From Paecilomyces variotii (Eukaryota): DNA of 64,000 nucleotides. This document shows positions 62,239 through 64,000 of the stretch, one piece after another. Position 1 is the stretch's first letter, and each line of letters begins with the position of its first letter. The notes below the pieces were generated by a model, which worked only from the letters and a program-made list of their open reading frames with translations, ran no database searches and was not told the DNA's origin. The position numbers and the translations under genes were made by a program. The DNA is taken from the NCBI GenBank assembly GCA_004022145.1, contig RCNU01000007.1. One strand, written 5' to 3'.

Positions 62239-63659
62239 ATGACGGTCAAAGTTGATATCATCTTCCGTGATGGGGCGCTCAAGTATCACCACTCAAAAGA
62301 TAAGAGTCCGATCTTCCTCTCCGATGATGGTGTCAGCGGGACAGTTGTGGTCACCGGTCTCGACGAGAACATTACGGAGGAGTTTGACTCGGTGAAAATC
62401 ACGTTGTTTGGTGGGTGAAAGCAAATATACGGAAATTGCTTGACATATTGCTGATCTTTACAGGGAATGTGTTGAACGTTCTGAGTGTGATGGATATTGA
62501 CTGACCTATGACGGAGCTCTATCGGATGCGGATGGGACAAGACGTAAGTATTAAGATCCCTTTGCGATTCCTGCCAGCTTACTGATGGAATATCCAGCTT
62601 GTCCGCTTAACAGACTGCCGAGGAGTACAAGAAGCATACGGAACAGAGGGGACCCGGTTATTTCCATTCTGCTTCAAGGTTCCTCGTCAGGTCTTGACTC
62701 CAAACGGCCTGAAAGAGGGCACGGATCTCGTGCAATGCTTACCATCTTCGATGAACGTCGCCTTTGAAAATCGGAGTCCGAATTCGCACGTTCATGGTTG
62801 CCGCGGAAAATCTAAGATCAGTTATGGCATTCGCGCCCAGCTGGTTCGCAATGGGACTGTGACCGTTGAGATGGAGCGGCCGATATCGTTGTTTCCAACT
62901 CTGGACCAGGAGCCACCAGTCTGCACGAGCGATTTTCCAGGAGAGTACATTCTGTCAGAAAAGAAAACATTACGGGCCTTGTGGCCATTCCGTCGCGTGG
63001 GAGAATTGCACGTCGAGACAAGCGAAGCGACACCTTTCGAGTTCTCCAGTGAGAAGCAGAGCGCCTCTGCGTCTGTCAAGATCAAGTTGCGATATAGTCG
63101 CGCGTGTCATAGTTGTGGGCCCCCGGAACCGTTCTATGGAACAGTTATTTCCAGACTACGCTCGACAACGTTCGTATCGATCATGCCACAACAGCGTATG
63201 CCTACTCGAAAAGAAGCGCAGAGATCACCGTGGATGACGAAACATTCAACCTACCACATGAACCATAAGCGGAAACTAAGATTTTCGCCGTGGAAGCCAG
63301 CAAAGCCGAATGGGAACACTCTAATGAGTCAGGGCAGTGAATGGGAATCAGAGGCGACGCTCGTGGTTGAATATTCCGGAGACACCTTCCCAGAACCCAC
63401 ATTTGCGTCCTCCCTGGCATCGCGGCGATATGCACTCTGTATGTCAATGGAGATTGAAGGCTGTGGCCGGACCACTGTCGACCTATCAGTCCCCGTTAGT
63501 ATTCGATATACAGCAAAGCCTTGGGATCGACGACCTTCCCTCCTAGAGAGCCTGTCAGCAGTACTCGCTGAGAGACTAAGTCTGGGGGCGGAAGCGCTGT
63601 CCAACCAGGCTGACTTTTTACTACGAACACGCGATGAGCCTCCGATATATGTGGCATAG
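62239..63659 (+). pseudogene. Alpha-arrestin-like gene (3 exons) with one in-frame TGA in exon 2: recent pseudogene, N-truncated allele or readthrough
   Basis: Exon 1 62239-62410 (PIFLSDDGVSGTVVV..FDSVKITLFG), exon 2 62464-62543 and exon 3 62598-63659 (GTRLFPFCFKVP..LPSS, ISYGIRA, PTFASSLASRRYAL, terminal PPIY) are phase-compatible. TGA at 62502-62504. Confidence 0.65.
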
Positions 63660-64000
63660 CGAGATATCTGGTGACTTGTCTGCATACAGTAGTGTTTCTA
63701 CTCAGTACCTACTGCTTTATGAGAAATGTCCGGTTGGCTTTATGGCGTTATTCGTTTTGGCAGACATTATCTTTCTGTTTATGATATCCTGTGTCCTGGT
63801 GACAGCATTGTATTATTCAGAACATCAATGTGTAGATAGAACATAGAGATAATTCTATTAACGATCTTCTCTGAACCTACATCTTGACTGTGTCTGTTGT
63901 ATAGAGCGCAGCTAGCTTCAGTTATTCTTTGAGCCTATTGGTGAAGGGATTCTTTCCAATTAGGAGTATTTATGCCAGTTATTAACATGATCCTCATATG

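Noticed and set aside
62502-62504. Selenocysteine or A-to-I editing as the explanation for the in-frame TGA
   Set aside because: Dikarya are not known to have Sec machinery. Sexual-stage stop-codon editing is mainly described for UAG in Sordariomycetes, so neither fits a Eurotiales-like UGA well.

Overview
Fungal nuclear DNA from a filamentous ascomycete. Gene content, short GT-AG introns and protein similarity suggest Eurotiales (Aspergillus/Paecilomyces-like); this is inferred, not searched. The window holds about 22 protein-coding genes and one tRNA-Glu(CTC). Most are core genes: Pgc1-like GDPD, DUF1765 protein, ATP14, TFIIB, UNC-93-like MFS, secreted intradiol dioxygenase-like protein, Bud32, glutamate-cysteine ligase modifier subunit, M24 peptidase, A-T-R-R glycine betaine reductase, oligoribonuclease, phosphoglucomutase, Gfo/Idh/MocA oxidoreductase, FAD-dependent oxidoreductase, HMG-CoA synthase, Tre2-like M28 protein, aldo-keto reductase, Ste2/PreB receptor, Vps23 and an alpha-arrestin-like gene. 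Observations not explained by the ORF list: (1) two adjacent uncharacterised oxidoreductase genes each carry a perfect ZafA-type zinc-response motif about 230-245 bp upstream, a candidate zinc-starvation module; (2) the arrestin-like gene has a frame-consistent three-exon structure interrupted by one in-frame TGA; (3) a 610-bp element with 15-bp terminal inverted repeats, TA flanks and a RIP-like interior; (4) four ATTGTTCT (HMG-box-like) sites in the ste2 promoter; (5) a hidden first exon giving the oligoribonuclease a mitochondrial-type presequence; (6) an intronless, single-domain, bacterial-looking M24 peptidase next to ATRR. All calls come from reading the sequence; no database search was run.
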